From assembly GCA_020859945.1 (NCBI GenBank), contig JAJBVG010000083.1:21659-85658 (forward strand): a stretch of 64,000 bases of DNA. Direction: 5' to 3'. Shown one piece after another: positions 47,622-56,005 of the stretch (positions within the stretch are counted from its first letter, which is position 1; every line of letters starts with the position of its first letter). Position numbers and translations under genes: made by a program. This DNA is from Clostridiales bacterium (GTDB taxonomy: Bacteria; Bacillota; Clostridia; Oscillospirales; Oscillospiraceae). The notes beneath the pieces were generated by a model that was not told the DNA's origin, did not search any database, and saw only the letters and a list, made by a program, of their open reading frames with translations.

Positions 47622-49100
47622 TTATTCTTCCATATGGCCCATCTGTGCGGCCTCCGTAATCAGGCCGAGCCGCCGCTGGGGAACCTCGCTGAGGGTCTCG
47701 ACCTTGATGAGGTTGGTGTTGCCGCTCTTGCCGTTGGTCATGCCGCCGGTGATGACAATGGTGTCGCCCGCCTTGGCAAGGCCGGAGGCCCGGGCCATGA
47801 GGACCGCGTGATAGAACAGCACGTCGGTGGAGTAGAATTCCTCCACGATCATGGGCTTTACATTCCAGCTCAGGGCCAGCTGGCGGTAAGCCTTCTCGTT
47901 GGTGGTCATGCCGATGATGGGCATGGGGGCGCGGAACCGGCAGATCATCCGGCCGGTGGTGCCGGTGCGGGTGGTGGCTACGATGCAGGTGGCGTTGGTG
48001 TCGATGGCCAGCTGGCAGGTGGAGTGGGACAGAGCGTCGTTCAGGTTTTGCAGCTCGAAGGTGTAGCGCTTGAACCGCTCGGCGTAGTGGGTGTTCTTCT
48101 CCGCCTCCACAGCGATGTTGGCCATAGCGGTGACGGACTCCACCGGGTAGCGGCCCGCGGCGGTCTCGCCGGAGAGCATAATGGCGCTGGTGCCGTCAAA
48201 GACGGCGTTGGCTACGTCGGAAATTTCCGCACGGGTGGGGCGGGGCTTGGAAATCATGGACTCCAGCATCTCGGTGGCGGTGATGGCCAGGCCACCCTTC
48301 AGACGGCAGATGGTGATGAGGCGCTTCTGGATGGCGGGCAGCTCCACATAGGGGATCTCCACGCCCAGATCGCCCCGGGCCACCATCAGGCCGGCGGAGT
48401 GCTCCAAAATTTCCTCGGCGTTGTCCACACCGGCTCGGTTCTCCAGCTTGGCGATGAGCTGGATGTCCTTGCCGCCGTTGGCGTCCAGGAAGTTGCGCAC
48501 GTCGATGACGTCCTGGGCGCAGGAGACGAAGGAGCAGGCCACGAAGTCCACGTCGTTCTGGATGCCGAAGAGCAGGTCGGCCTTGTCCTGCTTGCTGAGA
48601 TAAACCTGCTTGAGGACCTTGTCCGGGAAGCTCATGCTCTTCCGGTCGGAGAGAACGCCGCCGATGACGACGTCGCAAATCAGGTCGGTGTCGGTCTTTT
48701 CCTTCACCTGGAACTTTACCAGGCCGTCGTTGACCAGGATGATGTCGCCCACATTCAGGTCTTTCACCAGACCCTTGTAGGAGACGCTGACCCGCTCCTG
48801 GGTGCCCTCCACGCTCTCCGTGGTGAAGGTGAAGGTGTCGCCGTCCTTCAGCTCGATTTTATGGTTTTCAAAGGTGCCGATGCGGTATTCGGGGCCTTTG
48901 GTGTCCAGCAAAATGGGAATCGGCTCGCGGAGCTTGTCCCGCACCTTCTTGATGAGGTCGATCTTCACCTGCTGCTCCTCGTGGGTGCCGTGGGAGAAGT
49001 TCAGCCGGGCCACGTTCATGCCGGCCTGGATCATAGCGGTCAGGGTTTCTTCATCGGAGCAGGCGGGGCCAATGGTACAGATAATTTTTGTGCGTTTCAT
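47622..49100 (-). CDS. pyk: Pyruvate kinase
   Basis: MKRTKIICTIGPA..MNVARLNFSHG; collinear with PK throughout. Confidence 0.95.
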   Translation of the reverse strand: MKRTKIICTIGPACSDEETLTAMIQAGMNVARLNFSHGTHEEQQVKIDLIKKVRDKLREPIPILLDTKGPEYRIGTFENHKIELKDGDTFTFTTESVEGTQERVSVSYKGLVKDLNVGDIILVNDGLVKFQVKEKTDTDLICDVVIGGVLSDRKSMSFPDKVLKQVYLSKQDKADLLFGIQNDVDFVACSFVSCAQDVIDVRNFLDANGGKDIQLIAKLENRAGVDNAEEILEHSAGLMVARGDLGVEIPYVELPAIQKRLITICRLKGGLAITATEMLESMISKPRPTRAEISDVANAVFDGTSAIMLSGETAAGRYPVESVTAMANIAVEAEKNTHYAERFKRYTFELQNLNDALSHSTCQLAIDTNATCIVATTRTGTTGRMICRFRAPMPIIGMTTNEKAYRQLALSWNVKPMIVEEFYSTDVLFYHAVLMARASGLAKAGDTIVITGGMTNGKSGNTNLIKVETLSEVPQRRLGLITEAAQMGHMEE

Positions 49101-49361
49101 TTGTTGCCTTCCTTTCTGTCAGGTGGGTTGAGACGGCGTCTTGGGGACAATCAGTGAAATACATAAACTTTTCCTATTTTCCATTTCCATTCTATAAGTA
49201 TACCCTACTTTGCCGGTTCAGACAATGGCATTCTGTTGTATTTTTCGGTAAAAAACTTGTCAGGCGGCAGTGTATTGACCAATTTTACAGGAAATGCAGG
49301 CAGATTTTTCTGACAGCTTCCGCCGCGCCGAATATGCCCGGCAAAAATGCGTTCCCTGTTC

Positions 49362-49389
49362 TTGACTTTTCCCGCAAATCGGTTACAAT
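49362..49389 (+). promoter_or_regulatory. SigA-type promoter
   Basis: TTGACT, a 16 nt spacer, then TACAAT, about 30 nt upstream of the ATG at 49421. Confidence 0.55.
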
Positions 49390-49420
49390 ACACTGTAAGA
49401 ACACAATGGGAGGCGGCGGC

Positions 49421-49699
49421 ATGATTACTGAGGACGAACGTTTCTACCTGCCCAACCTCTACACCTTCCAAAACGGCAACAGCTTCTATGGCAGCTACCG
49501 GGGCCTGCGCTTCTTCGTCAACCCGGAGGAGGGGGACGAGGGCAAGGTGCTGGCCTGTCAGGTCTGGTACGGGGAATACTGCCTGGCGGAGAGCCAGGTG
49601 GTGGACACGGCCCGTTTCCCCATGGACGAAGCGGGATATGGTCAGGTGTTGGCCTGGCTGGACGAACAATATCAGGTGTTTTTAGCAGCGGCGCAGTGA
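49421..49699 (+). CDS. Hypothetical small protein (92 aa)
   Basis: ATG after GGGAGGCGG. Coding-like composition, but no motif I recognise. Confidence 0.5.
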   Translation: MITEDERFYLPNLYTFQNGNSFYGSYRGLRFFVNPEEGDEGKVLACQVWYGEYCLAESQVVDTARFPMDEAGYGQVLAWLDEQYQVFLAAAQ

Positions 49700-49763
49700 C
49701 GGGCCACGCGCCGCGCAATTTTTCTTTTATCTTTCTTTTATCTAGGAGAGTGATGTTCCTTAC

Positions 49764-51023
49764 ATGGACAGTCATAGTATCAGCATGATTATCGCGCTGG
49801 TGCTGCTCTGCTGCGGAAGCGCCTTTTTTTCCGCCACAGAGACGGCGTTTAATTCCCTCAACAAAATCCGGCTGAAAAACCGCGCCGAGGACGGCGACCG
49901 CAGGGCGGCGGACACGCTGGCCCTGGCGGAGGACTACAACAAGCTGCTTTCCGGCATCCTCATCGGCAACAACATCGTCAACATCGTGGCTACCACAGTG
50001 GCGACGCTGCTGTTCACCCGGTTTTTCTATGGCTATGGTCCCACCATCTCCACCATCGTCATGACGGTGACGGTGCTGATTTTCGGGGAGGTCTCCCCCA
50101 AGACCTTGGCGAAGCAGGCCCCGGAGACGGTGGCAATGGCCGTCACGCCCATCCTGCGAGTGATTTTAGTGATTCTGACCCCGCTGACCGCCTTTTTCTC
50201 CCTGTGGCAGTCCATGCTGGAGAAGGTGTTCCACTCCGCCGAGGATGACAGTATCACCGGCGAGGAATTAATTACTATGGTCTCCGAGGCGGAAAACGAG
50301 GGCGGCCTGGAGGCCGACGAGGGTAAGCTGATCCGCAGTGCCATTGAGTTCGGTGACCTGGAGGTGGGCGAGATTTTCGTTCCCCGGGTGGACATGGTGG
50401 CCGCCGAGGACACGCTGACCGTGCCGGAGCTGGACGCGCTGTTCGAGGAGAGCGACTTCTCCCGCATCCCCGTCTACCACGAGAACCGGGACCATATCCT
50501 GGGGCTGATTCACGAAAAGGACTTCCATAAAGCAAAGCTGTCCGCCGACGGCAACTGGCGGCACCTGATTTCCCCCGCCCTGTACACCACTCCCTCGGAG
50601 CAGGCGTCCGACGTGCTGACCAAAATGCAGCGGGCCAAAATCCATATGGCCATCGTGGTGGACGAATTTGGCGGCACCGAGGGCATCATCACCTTGGAGG
50701 ACATCCTGGAGGAGTTGGTGGGCGAAATTTGGGACGAACACGACGAGGTGGTGGAGGTCATCAAGAAACAGGAGGATGGTTCCTACCTGATTTCCTGTTC
50801 CGCCAACCTGAGCGATGTGTTTGAGTTGCTGAGCATCCGGGAGGACTGCGACGCCGCCACGGTGTCCGGCTGGGTCATCGACGAGTTGGGCCACATCCCT
50901 CGCGTGGGCGACCAGTTCCGGTACGAGAACCTGGAAGTCACGGTGACGGCCATCCGGCGGATGCGGGTGCTGGAAATTCGCGTGGTCGTCCTGCCGGAGG
51001 AAGAAGAGGAAGAACGCCATTAA
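49764..51023 (+). CDS. HlyC/CorC (CNNM) family transporter: DUF21, CBS pair and CorC_HlyC domains
   Basis: 4 N-terminal TM segments, the GEVSPKTLA motif, a CBS region and a C-terminal CorC domain. Confidence 0.85.
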   Translation: MDSHSISMIIALVLLCCGSAFFSATETAFNSLNKIRLKNRAEDGDRRAADTLALAEDYNKLLSGILIGNNIVNIVATTVATLLFTRFFYGYGPTISTIVMTVTVLIFGEVSPKTLAKQAPETVAMAVTPILRVILVILTPLTAFFSLWQSMLEKVFHSAEDDSITGEELITMVSEAENEGGLEADEGKLIRSAIEFGDLEVGEIFVPRVDMVAAEDTLTVPELDALFEESDFSRIPVYHENRDHILGLIHEKDFHKAKLSADGNWRHLISPALYTTPSEQASDVLTKMQRAKIHMAIVVDEFGGTEGIITLEDILEELVGEIWDEHDEVVEVIKKQEDGSYLISCSANLSDVFELLSIREDCDAATVSGWVIDELGHIPRVGDQFRYENLEVTVTAIRRMRVLEIRVVVLPEEEEEERH

Positions 51024-51077
51024 AATTGGAAACCTGCCTGTGGAGATTTCTCCGCGGGCAGTTTTTTTGGAAAAAAG

Positions 51078-51106
51078 TTGACGAACGGTGTCGAAACCGC
51101 TATAAT
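51078..51106 (+). promoter_or_regulatory. SigA-type promoter
   Basis: TTGACG, a 17 nt spacer, then TATAAT. Confidence 0.65.
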
Positions 51107-51138
51107 GAAACCAGAATCACACGGACAGGGGTGAGGCT

Positions 51139-51462
51139 ATGGGCGCGCAGCTGCAAAAGATAGCAACCTTTTTGATTGGAGGGGCAAAAACCCTCTGGGG
51201 CTGGGTCGTGTCCCTGGTTATGGGGGCGCACAACACCATCGACCAGTCTATGGTTCTCCACCACGGCGCGTGGGCCTGGGGGGTTCTCGCGGCGGCAATT
51301 TTGGTCGTGGTGGTGTTTGTGCTCCAATTTGTGTGGAAGCCCGTCCCAAAGCCGGATAAGCCCAGAAAAATGGAGGTCAAACCGCGACCCTACCGGCTGC
51401 TGTTGCTGTGTGCCGCGCTGGGTATAGTTTTCCTGGCGGCGTGCTTCGCTGGGATGGATTGA
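51139..51462 (+). CDS. Small membrane protein, hypothetical
   Basis: 107 aa with about 3 hydrophobic segments, downstream of a consensus promoter and a GGGGTGAGG RBS. Confidence 0.5.
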   Translation: MGAQLQKIATFLIGGAKTLWGWVVSLVMGAHNTIDQSMVLHHGAWAWGVLAAAILVVVVFVLQFVWKPVPKPDKPRKMEVKPRPYRLLLLCAALGIVFLAACFAGMD

Positions 51463-51497
51463 ACGCTTGTCCTTCTCCACTTCCTAATACATGTCAA

Positions 51498-51531
51498 AAC
51501 CGCCCAGGCGCTCCGCCTGGACGGTTTTTTG
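51498..51531. terminator. Bidirectional terminator hairpin
   Basis: Stem AACCGCCCAGG/CCTGGACGGTT (1 mismatch) followed by TTTTTT. It lies between convergent genes. Confidence 0.6.
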
Positions 51532-51548
51532 TATCTCTTGATGTTGTC

Positions 51549-52940
51549 TTAAAACTCCGCGTTGCCCACGGTACGGGGGTGGGGCAGCACGTCCCGGATA
51601 TTGGCCACGCCGGTCAAGTACATGACCATCCGCTCGAAACCCAGGCCGAAGCCCGCGTGACGGCAGCCGCCGTAGCGCCGCAGGTCCAGATAATACTTGT
51701 AATCGTCCGGGTTCATGCCCAGCTCATTAATGCGCTGTTCCAGCAGGTCCAGCCGCTCCTCGCGCTGGGAGCCGCCGATGATTTCCCCAATGCCGGGCAC
51801 CAGGCAGTCCGCTGCGGCCACGGTCTTGCCGTCGTCGTTCAGACGCATATAGAAGGCTTTGATCTCCTTGGGATAGTCGGTGACGAACACCGGACGCTTG
51901 AAATGCTCTTCGGTCAGGTAGCGCTCGTGCTCCGTCTGGAGGTCGCAGCCCCAGGTGACGGGGTAGTCGAACTTTTTGCCGGACTTTTGCAGGATGTCCA
52001 CCGCCTCGGTGTAGGTGACCCGGCCAAACTCGGACTCGGCTACGTGGGTCAGCCGGTCTTTCAGCCCCTTGTCCACAAAGCTGTTGAAAAAGTCCATCTC
52101 GTCGGGGCATTTTTCCATAACAAAGCGGATGATATACTTGATCATGGCCTCGGCCAGGTCCATGTCGTCGTTCAGGTCGGCAAAGGCAATCTCCGGCTCG
52201 ATCATCCAGAACTCGGCGGCGTGGCGCTGGGTGTTGGAGTTTTCCGCCCGGAAGGTGGGGCCGAAGGTGTACACGTTGCCGAAGGCCATGGCGAAGTTCT
52301 CACAGTTCAGCTGGCCGGAGACGGTCAGGCTGGTGTGCTTGCCGAAGAAGTCCTTGGACCAGTCCACCTTCCCGTCCGGGGTCTTGGGGACATTTTCCAA
52401 ATCCAGGGTGGTGACGCTGAACATCTCCCCGGCGCCCTCGCAGTCGGAGCCGGTGATGAGGGGCGTGTGGACGTAGACAAACCCCCGGTCCTGGAAGAAG
52501 CAGTGGATGGCGTGGGCGGCTACGCTCCGCACCCGGAAGGTGGCGGAAAAAAGATTCGTGCGGGGCCGCAGGTGCTGGATGGTGCGGAGGTACTCGGTGG
52601 TGTGCCGCTTCTTTTGCAGGGGGTAGTCCGGCGCGGAGGCCCCCTCCACCGTGACAGTGGTGGCTTGCAGTTCAAAGGGCTGCTTGGCGGTGGGGGTCAG
52701 CACCAGCTTGCCCACCACGATGAAGGCCGCGCCCACGTTCTGTCCGGCGACCTCGGTATAGTTTTCCAGGGATTTGTCCAAAATCACCTGAAGGCATTTG
52801 AAGCAGCTGCCGTCGTTCAGGGAGAGGAACCCCAGGTTTTTCATGTTCCGAATCGTTCTGGCCCACCCCGCCACGGTGACGGTCTGGTCGGCAAAGGCAT
52901 CGGAATCCGCGTAAAGCTGTGCAATGGTCGTGCGTTCCAT
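51549..52940 (-). CDS. asnS: Asparagine--tRNA ligase
   Basis: Start at [10 protein letters not shown] after [30 protein letters not shown] is the class IIb AsnRS signature. Confidence 0.93.
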   Translation of the reverse strand: MERTTIAQLYADSDAFADQTVTVAGWARTIRNMKNLGFLSLNDGSCFKCLQVILDKSLENYTEVAGQNVGAAFIVVGKLVLTPTAKQPFELQATTVTVEGASAPDYPLQKKRHTTEYLRTIQHLRPRTNLFSATFRVRSVAAHAIHCFFQDRGFVYVHTPLITGSDCEGAGEMFSVTTLDLENVPKTPDGKVDWSKDFFGKHTSLTVSGQLNCENFAMAFGNVYTFGPTFRAENSNTQRHAAEFWMIEPEIAFADLNDDMDLAEAMIKYIIRFVMEKCPDEMDFFNSFVDKGLKDRLTHVAESEFGRVTYTEAVDILQKSGKKFDYPVTWGCDLQTEHERYLTEEHFKRPVFVTDYPKEIKAFYMRLNDDGKTVAAADCLVPGIGEIIGGSQREERLDLLEQRINELGMNPDDYKYYLDLRRYGGCRHAGFGLGFERMVMYLTGVANIRDVLPHPRTVGNAEF

Positions 52941-53046
52941 ATCAGGAGCCTCCTGTGCGCCGCAGGCGCAAATTTTGATAGTACAATGAAAAAAGTATAG
53001 ACCAATCTCCGGCAAAAAACAAGCCCTTTTGCCGGGAACGTTCCCG

Positions 53047-53210
53047 AAGGAAGCTCTGATTAAATGGCCTTGGATGGCTGGGCGAGCAGATTTTGCGCAA
53101 ATCGAGGCGTAAAATCGCAGGAATACTTTGTGTATTTCAAGATTTTACAACGAAGAGTTGCACGAAATATGCCGTCCAGACGCCGGGAGTTATTTAATCA
53201 GAGGTTCCCT
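53047..53210 (+). mobile_element. MITE-like 164 bp element, copy 2
   Basis: 19 nt terminal inverted repeats AAGGAAGCTCTGATTAAAT and ATTTAATCAGAGGTTCCCT (17/19 complementary). 155/164 identical to the reverse complement of 15789-15952. Confidence 0.7.
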
Positions 53211-53215
53211 AAAAG

Positions 53216-54460
53216 TCAGGCTTTCCACCCGGCCAGGTAGTCCCGCTGCTCGTCGGTCAGCGTGTCGATGGCTAGGCCCATGGCCGCCAGCTTGACCCGG
53301 CCAATTTCGTCGTCGATTTCGGCGGGGACGGGGTAGAGCTTCTTTTCCAGCGTGTCCCGGTGGTTCAGCAGCCACTCCAGGCTCAGGGCCTGAACAGAAA
53401 AGCTCATGTCCATGATCTCCGCCGGGTGGCCGTTGCCCGCCGCCAGGTTCACCAGCCGCCCCTCGCCGATGACGTTCAGCGTGCGCCCGTCGGGGAGGGT
53501 ATAGCCCATGATGTTGTCCCGGCGGAGGGTCTCCTTCACCGCCATGCGCCGGAGGCTGGCCACGTCCACCTCGCAGTCGAAGTGACCGGCGTTGGTCAGC
53601 AGGGCCTGGTCCTTCATCACGGCGAAGTGCCGGGGGGTGATGACATCCTTGCAGCCGGTGACGGTGACGAAGATGTCGCCGTATTTCGCGGCCTCGTCCA
53701 TGGGCATGACCCGGAAACCGTTCATGGTGGCGTCCAGCGCCTTGAAGGGGTCGATTTCCGTGACGATGACGTTGGCGCCCATGCCCTTGGCGCGCATGGC
53801 TACGCCCTTGCCGCACCAGCCGTACCCGGCCACCACCACGGTTTTGCCCGCCACCACCAGGTTGCTGGTGTCCATAATGGCGGTCCACACGGACTGGCCG
53901 GTGCCGTATTTGTTGTCATAGTAGTGCTTGGCCTTGGCGTCGTTCACCGCCATCATCGCGCAGGGCAGCAGTCCCTCCCGCTCACGGGCTTTCAGCCGGT
54001 GGATGCCGGTGGTGGTCTCCTCACAGCCGCCGATGAGACAGTCGGCCAGGTCGGAGCGCCGTCCCCCCAGCAGGTTGATGAGGTCGCCGCCGTCGTCCAC
54101 GATGAGGTGGGGGTGGCAGGACAGGGCCTCCACCAGCAGATTTTCGTATTCTTCCGGCGTGACGCCGTGGATGCCGTAGGTCTCCACGCCCAGGGAGGCC
54201 ACCGCCGCCGCCACGTCGTCCTGGGTGGACAGGGGGTTGCAGCCGGTCAGATGGACCTCCGCGCCGCCCTTGGCCAACACCAGGCCCAGGTTGGCGGTCT
54301 TGGCCTCCAGGTGGACGGAGACGGCGATGCGCAGCCCCCGGAAGGGCTTTTCTTCTTCAAACCGCTTCTCAATGGCGGAGAGGGAGGGCATAAAAGACCG
54401 CACCCACTCGATTTTCCGCAGGCCGGAGGGGGCCAGGGACGGGTCCTTGATGGTACTCAT
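53216..54460 (-). CDS. ahcY: Adenosylhomocysteinase
   Basis: I preferred the ATG at 54460 (MSTIKDP) over the TTG at 54466, on RBS spacing. AhcY blocks include HLEAKTANL and the NAD-binding fold VAGYGWCGKG. Confidence 0.93.
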   Translation of the reverse strand: MSTIKDPSLAPSGLRKIEWVRSFMPSLSAIEKRFEEEKPFRGLRIAVSVHLEAKTANLGLVLAKGGAEVHLTGCNPLSTQDDVAAAVASLGVETYGIHGVTPEEYENLLVEALSCHPHLIVDDGGDLINLLGGRRSDLADCLIGGCEETTTGIHRLKAREREGLLPCAMMAVNDAKAKHYYDNKYGTGQSVWTAIMDTSNLVVAGKTVVVAGYGWCGKGVAMRAKGMGANVIVTEIDPFKALDATMNGFRVMPMDEAAKYGDIFVTVTGCKDVITPRHFAVMKDQALLTNAGHFDCEVDVASLRRMAVKETLRRDNIMGYTLPDGRTLNVIGEGRLVNLAAGNGHPAEIMDMSFSVQALSLEWLLNHRDTLEKKLYPVPAEIDDEIGRVKLAAMGLAIDTLTDEQRDYLAGWKA

Positions 54461-54523
54461 ATGCAAACGTTCCTTTCATGAAACAGAACATGGTTATCCC
54501 TTTGAATCGGCTGCGTTGTGACG

Positions 54524-54692
54524 AGCTATTAGCCGTTAGCTGTTAGCCATTAGTCAGGTACTACCAATTCAAAGAGAACAGCGCTAAACATCAGTTAGTT
54601 GTTAGCGGTTTGTTTTGTGTGGCGAACCCAAAGCGTAGAACGAATTGTTAAGCACTGCAAAGCTAATAGCTAAAAGCCAAGAGCTAACAGCT
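54524..54692 (+). repeat. TTAGC-heptad palindromic element A (169 nt)
   Basis: 39 nt left arm AGCTATTAGCCGTTAGCTGTTAGCCATTAGTCAGGTACT. 42 nt right arm AGCACTGCAAAGCTAATAGCTAAAAGCCAAGAGCTAACAGCT. The arms are largely complementary. The 88 nt centre is unique to this copy. Confidence 0.85.
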
Positions 54693-54872
54693 AAAATGCA
54701 CAAATGTCTGAGCAAACGGGACAACCAGAAAACAAATTTAGTTCGCCGGATATTGTATCACAGATTTCGACCCGCTGCAATCGCAAAACCCGCATTTTCC
54801 CGAATGTTCCGGCGGGATGGGGCGGGGAACCGGTCAAAAAAGGGCTTTTGCGCAAAAATTCACAAATAGCGC

Positions 54873-54901
54873 TGGACTTTCCTGCTCATCCGGGCTACAA
54901 T
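54873..54901 (+). promoter_or_regulatory. Candidate promoter of the rhomboid-like gene
   Basis: TGGACT, a 17 nt spacer, then TACAAT. A perfect palindrome TTTTGCGCAAAA lies 15 nt upstream (54846-54857). Confidence 0.4.
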
Positions 54902-54947
54902 ATGCGTTGTGAACATCCAAAACCGAACCTTTTGTGGAGGGGATCTC

Positions 54948-55826
54948 TTGAGAAAAATCAGCGCGGCGGTGGACCGCTTTTGTTACAATCACCCCAATTT
55001 CGGTATTCCCAACCTGATGTTGGTGGTCATCGTGGGCAACATCATCGTCTACGTGATGGATCTGCTCAGCAGCTACACCTTTTCCAGTGTGCTGGCCTTC
55101 ATCCCGGCGGCCATTTTTCAGGGGCAGATTTGGCGGCTGATTTCCTTTGTGTTTGTGCCGGAAAGCTCGTCCAACGTGATCGTCTTTGCCATCACACTGT
55201 ATTTTTACTACTTCATCGGCACCCAGTTGGAGAAATACTGGGGCACCGCCCGTTTCAACGTGTTCTACTTCGCCGGGGTGCTGCTGTCCATCCTCACCGG
55301 GTTCATCATCGCCGCGTTTAATGGCGGCATCCACTGCCCCTATGAGACGGCCAGCATCTACTATGTGAACATGTCCCTGTTCTTCTCCTTCGCCACCCTG
55401 TACCCGGATATGCGGGTACTGCTGTTCTATATCATCCCCATCAAAGTGAAATATCTGGCCTGGTTGGACGCGGCGCTGTTCGCCATTCAAATCATCCGCT
55501 ATTGTCTGGCTGGGATGTTCGTCTATGCGTTGCTGCCTGTCATCGCCCTGCTGAACTACTTCATTTTCTTCGGAGCCGACCTGATGGGAGCCGCCCGGCG
55601 CACCACCCGGCGGGTACAGCACCAGACCAGTTCCCAGACCATCCACTTCAAAAAAGCCGCCAAAGAGACCCAGCAGCACAAGGGCTACCTGCACAAGTGC
55701 TGCGTGTGTGGCCGCACTGACCAGGATTATCCCGATTTGGAGTTCCGTTACTGCTCCCGGTGCGCGGGCTACCGCTGCTACTGCATCGACCACATCAATA
55801 ACCACGTCCATGTGACAGAGGACTGA
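54948..55826 (+). CDS. Rhomboid-superfamily membrane protein lacking the canonical GxSG and His motifs, with a C-terminal Cys/His zinc-ribbon-like tail
   Basis: TTG at 54948 preceded by GGAGGGG (an alternative GTG at 54909 has no RBS). GQIWRLISFVFVP resembles rhomboid TM2. The tail reads CCVCGR..YCSRCAGYRCYCIDHINNHVH. Confidence 0.65.
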   Translation: MRKISAAVDRFCYNHPNFGIPNLMLVVIVGNIIVYVMDLLSSYTFSSVLAFIPAAIFQGQIWRLISFVFVPESSSNVIVFAITLYFYYFIGTQLEKYWGTARFNVFYFAGVLLSILTGFIIAAFNGGIHCPYETASIYYVNMSLFFSFATLYPDMRVLLFYIIPIKVKYLAWLDAALFAIQIIRYCLAGMFVYALLPVIALLNYFIFFGADLMGAARRTTRRVQHQTSSQTIHFKKAAKETQQHKGYLHKCCVCGRTDQDYPDLEFRYCSRCAGYRCYCIDHINNHVHVTED

Positions 55827-55833
55827 AATCAGC

Positions 55834-55986
55834 AGCTATTAGCTGTTAGCCGTTAGCTGTTAGCTAGGTACTGCATACCACGTGCGAGTTGCAGGAAAAA
55901 TGGGGACGATTAGCCGCTGGTTATGAACCACGAACCATTTGTCTAGCACTGCCAAGCTAACAGCCAAAAGCTAGTAGCTAACAGCT
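55834..55986 (+). repeat. TTAGC-heptad palindromic element B (153 nt)
   Basis: Arms of the same length and orientation as element A (33/39 and 36/42 identical). The 72 nt centre is unrelated. It starts 8 nt after the upstream stop and ends 3 nt before the next RBS. Confidence 0.85.
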
Positions 55987-56005
55987 CATTTAGGAGGCAA
56001 TTCAA

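Noticed and set aside
54467-54700. An SAH riboswitch or other known leader upstream of ahcY, or 6S RNA, as the identity of element A.
   Set aside because: I could not find the conserved SAH-riboswitch pseudoknot sequence. A second copy with a different centre lies downstream of an unrelated gene. Heptad-repeat arms are not a feature of 6S RNA. A covariance-model scan would settle this.
54524-55986. Integron attC sites or a CALIN cassette as the explanation for the heptad elements.
   Set aside because: attC sites have RYYYAAC on the left and GTTRRRY on the right on either strand. Here GTTAGC units are on the left and GCTAAC units on the right on both strands, which is the opposite polarity. 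The cores also miss the consensus by one base and are contiguous heptads rather than R/L boxes separated by 5-6 nt. No integrase is present.
54524-55986. A CRISPR array or other direct-repeat/spacer array.
   Set aside because: The repeats are 7 nt units with no spacers and are organised as inverted arms. There are only two elements, and no cas genes.
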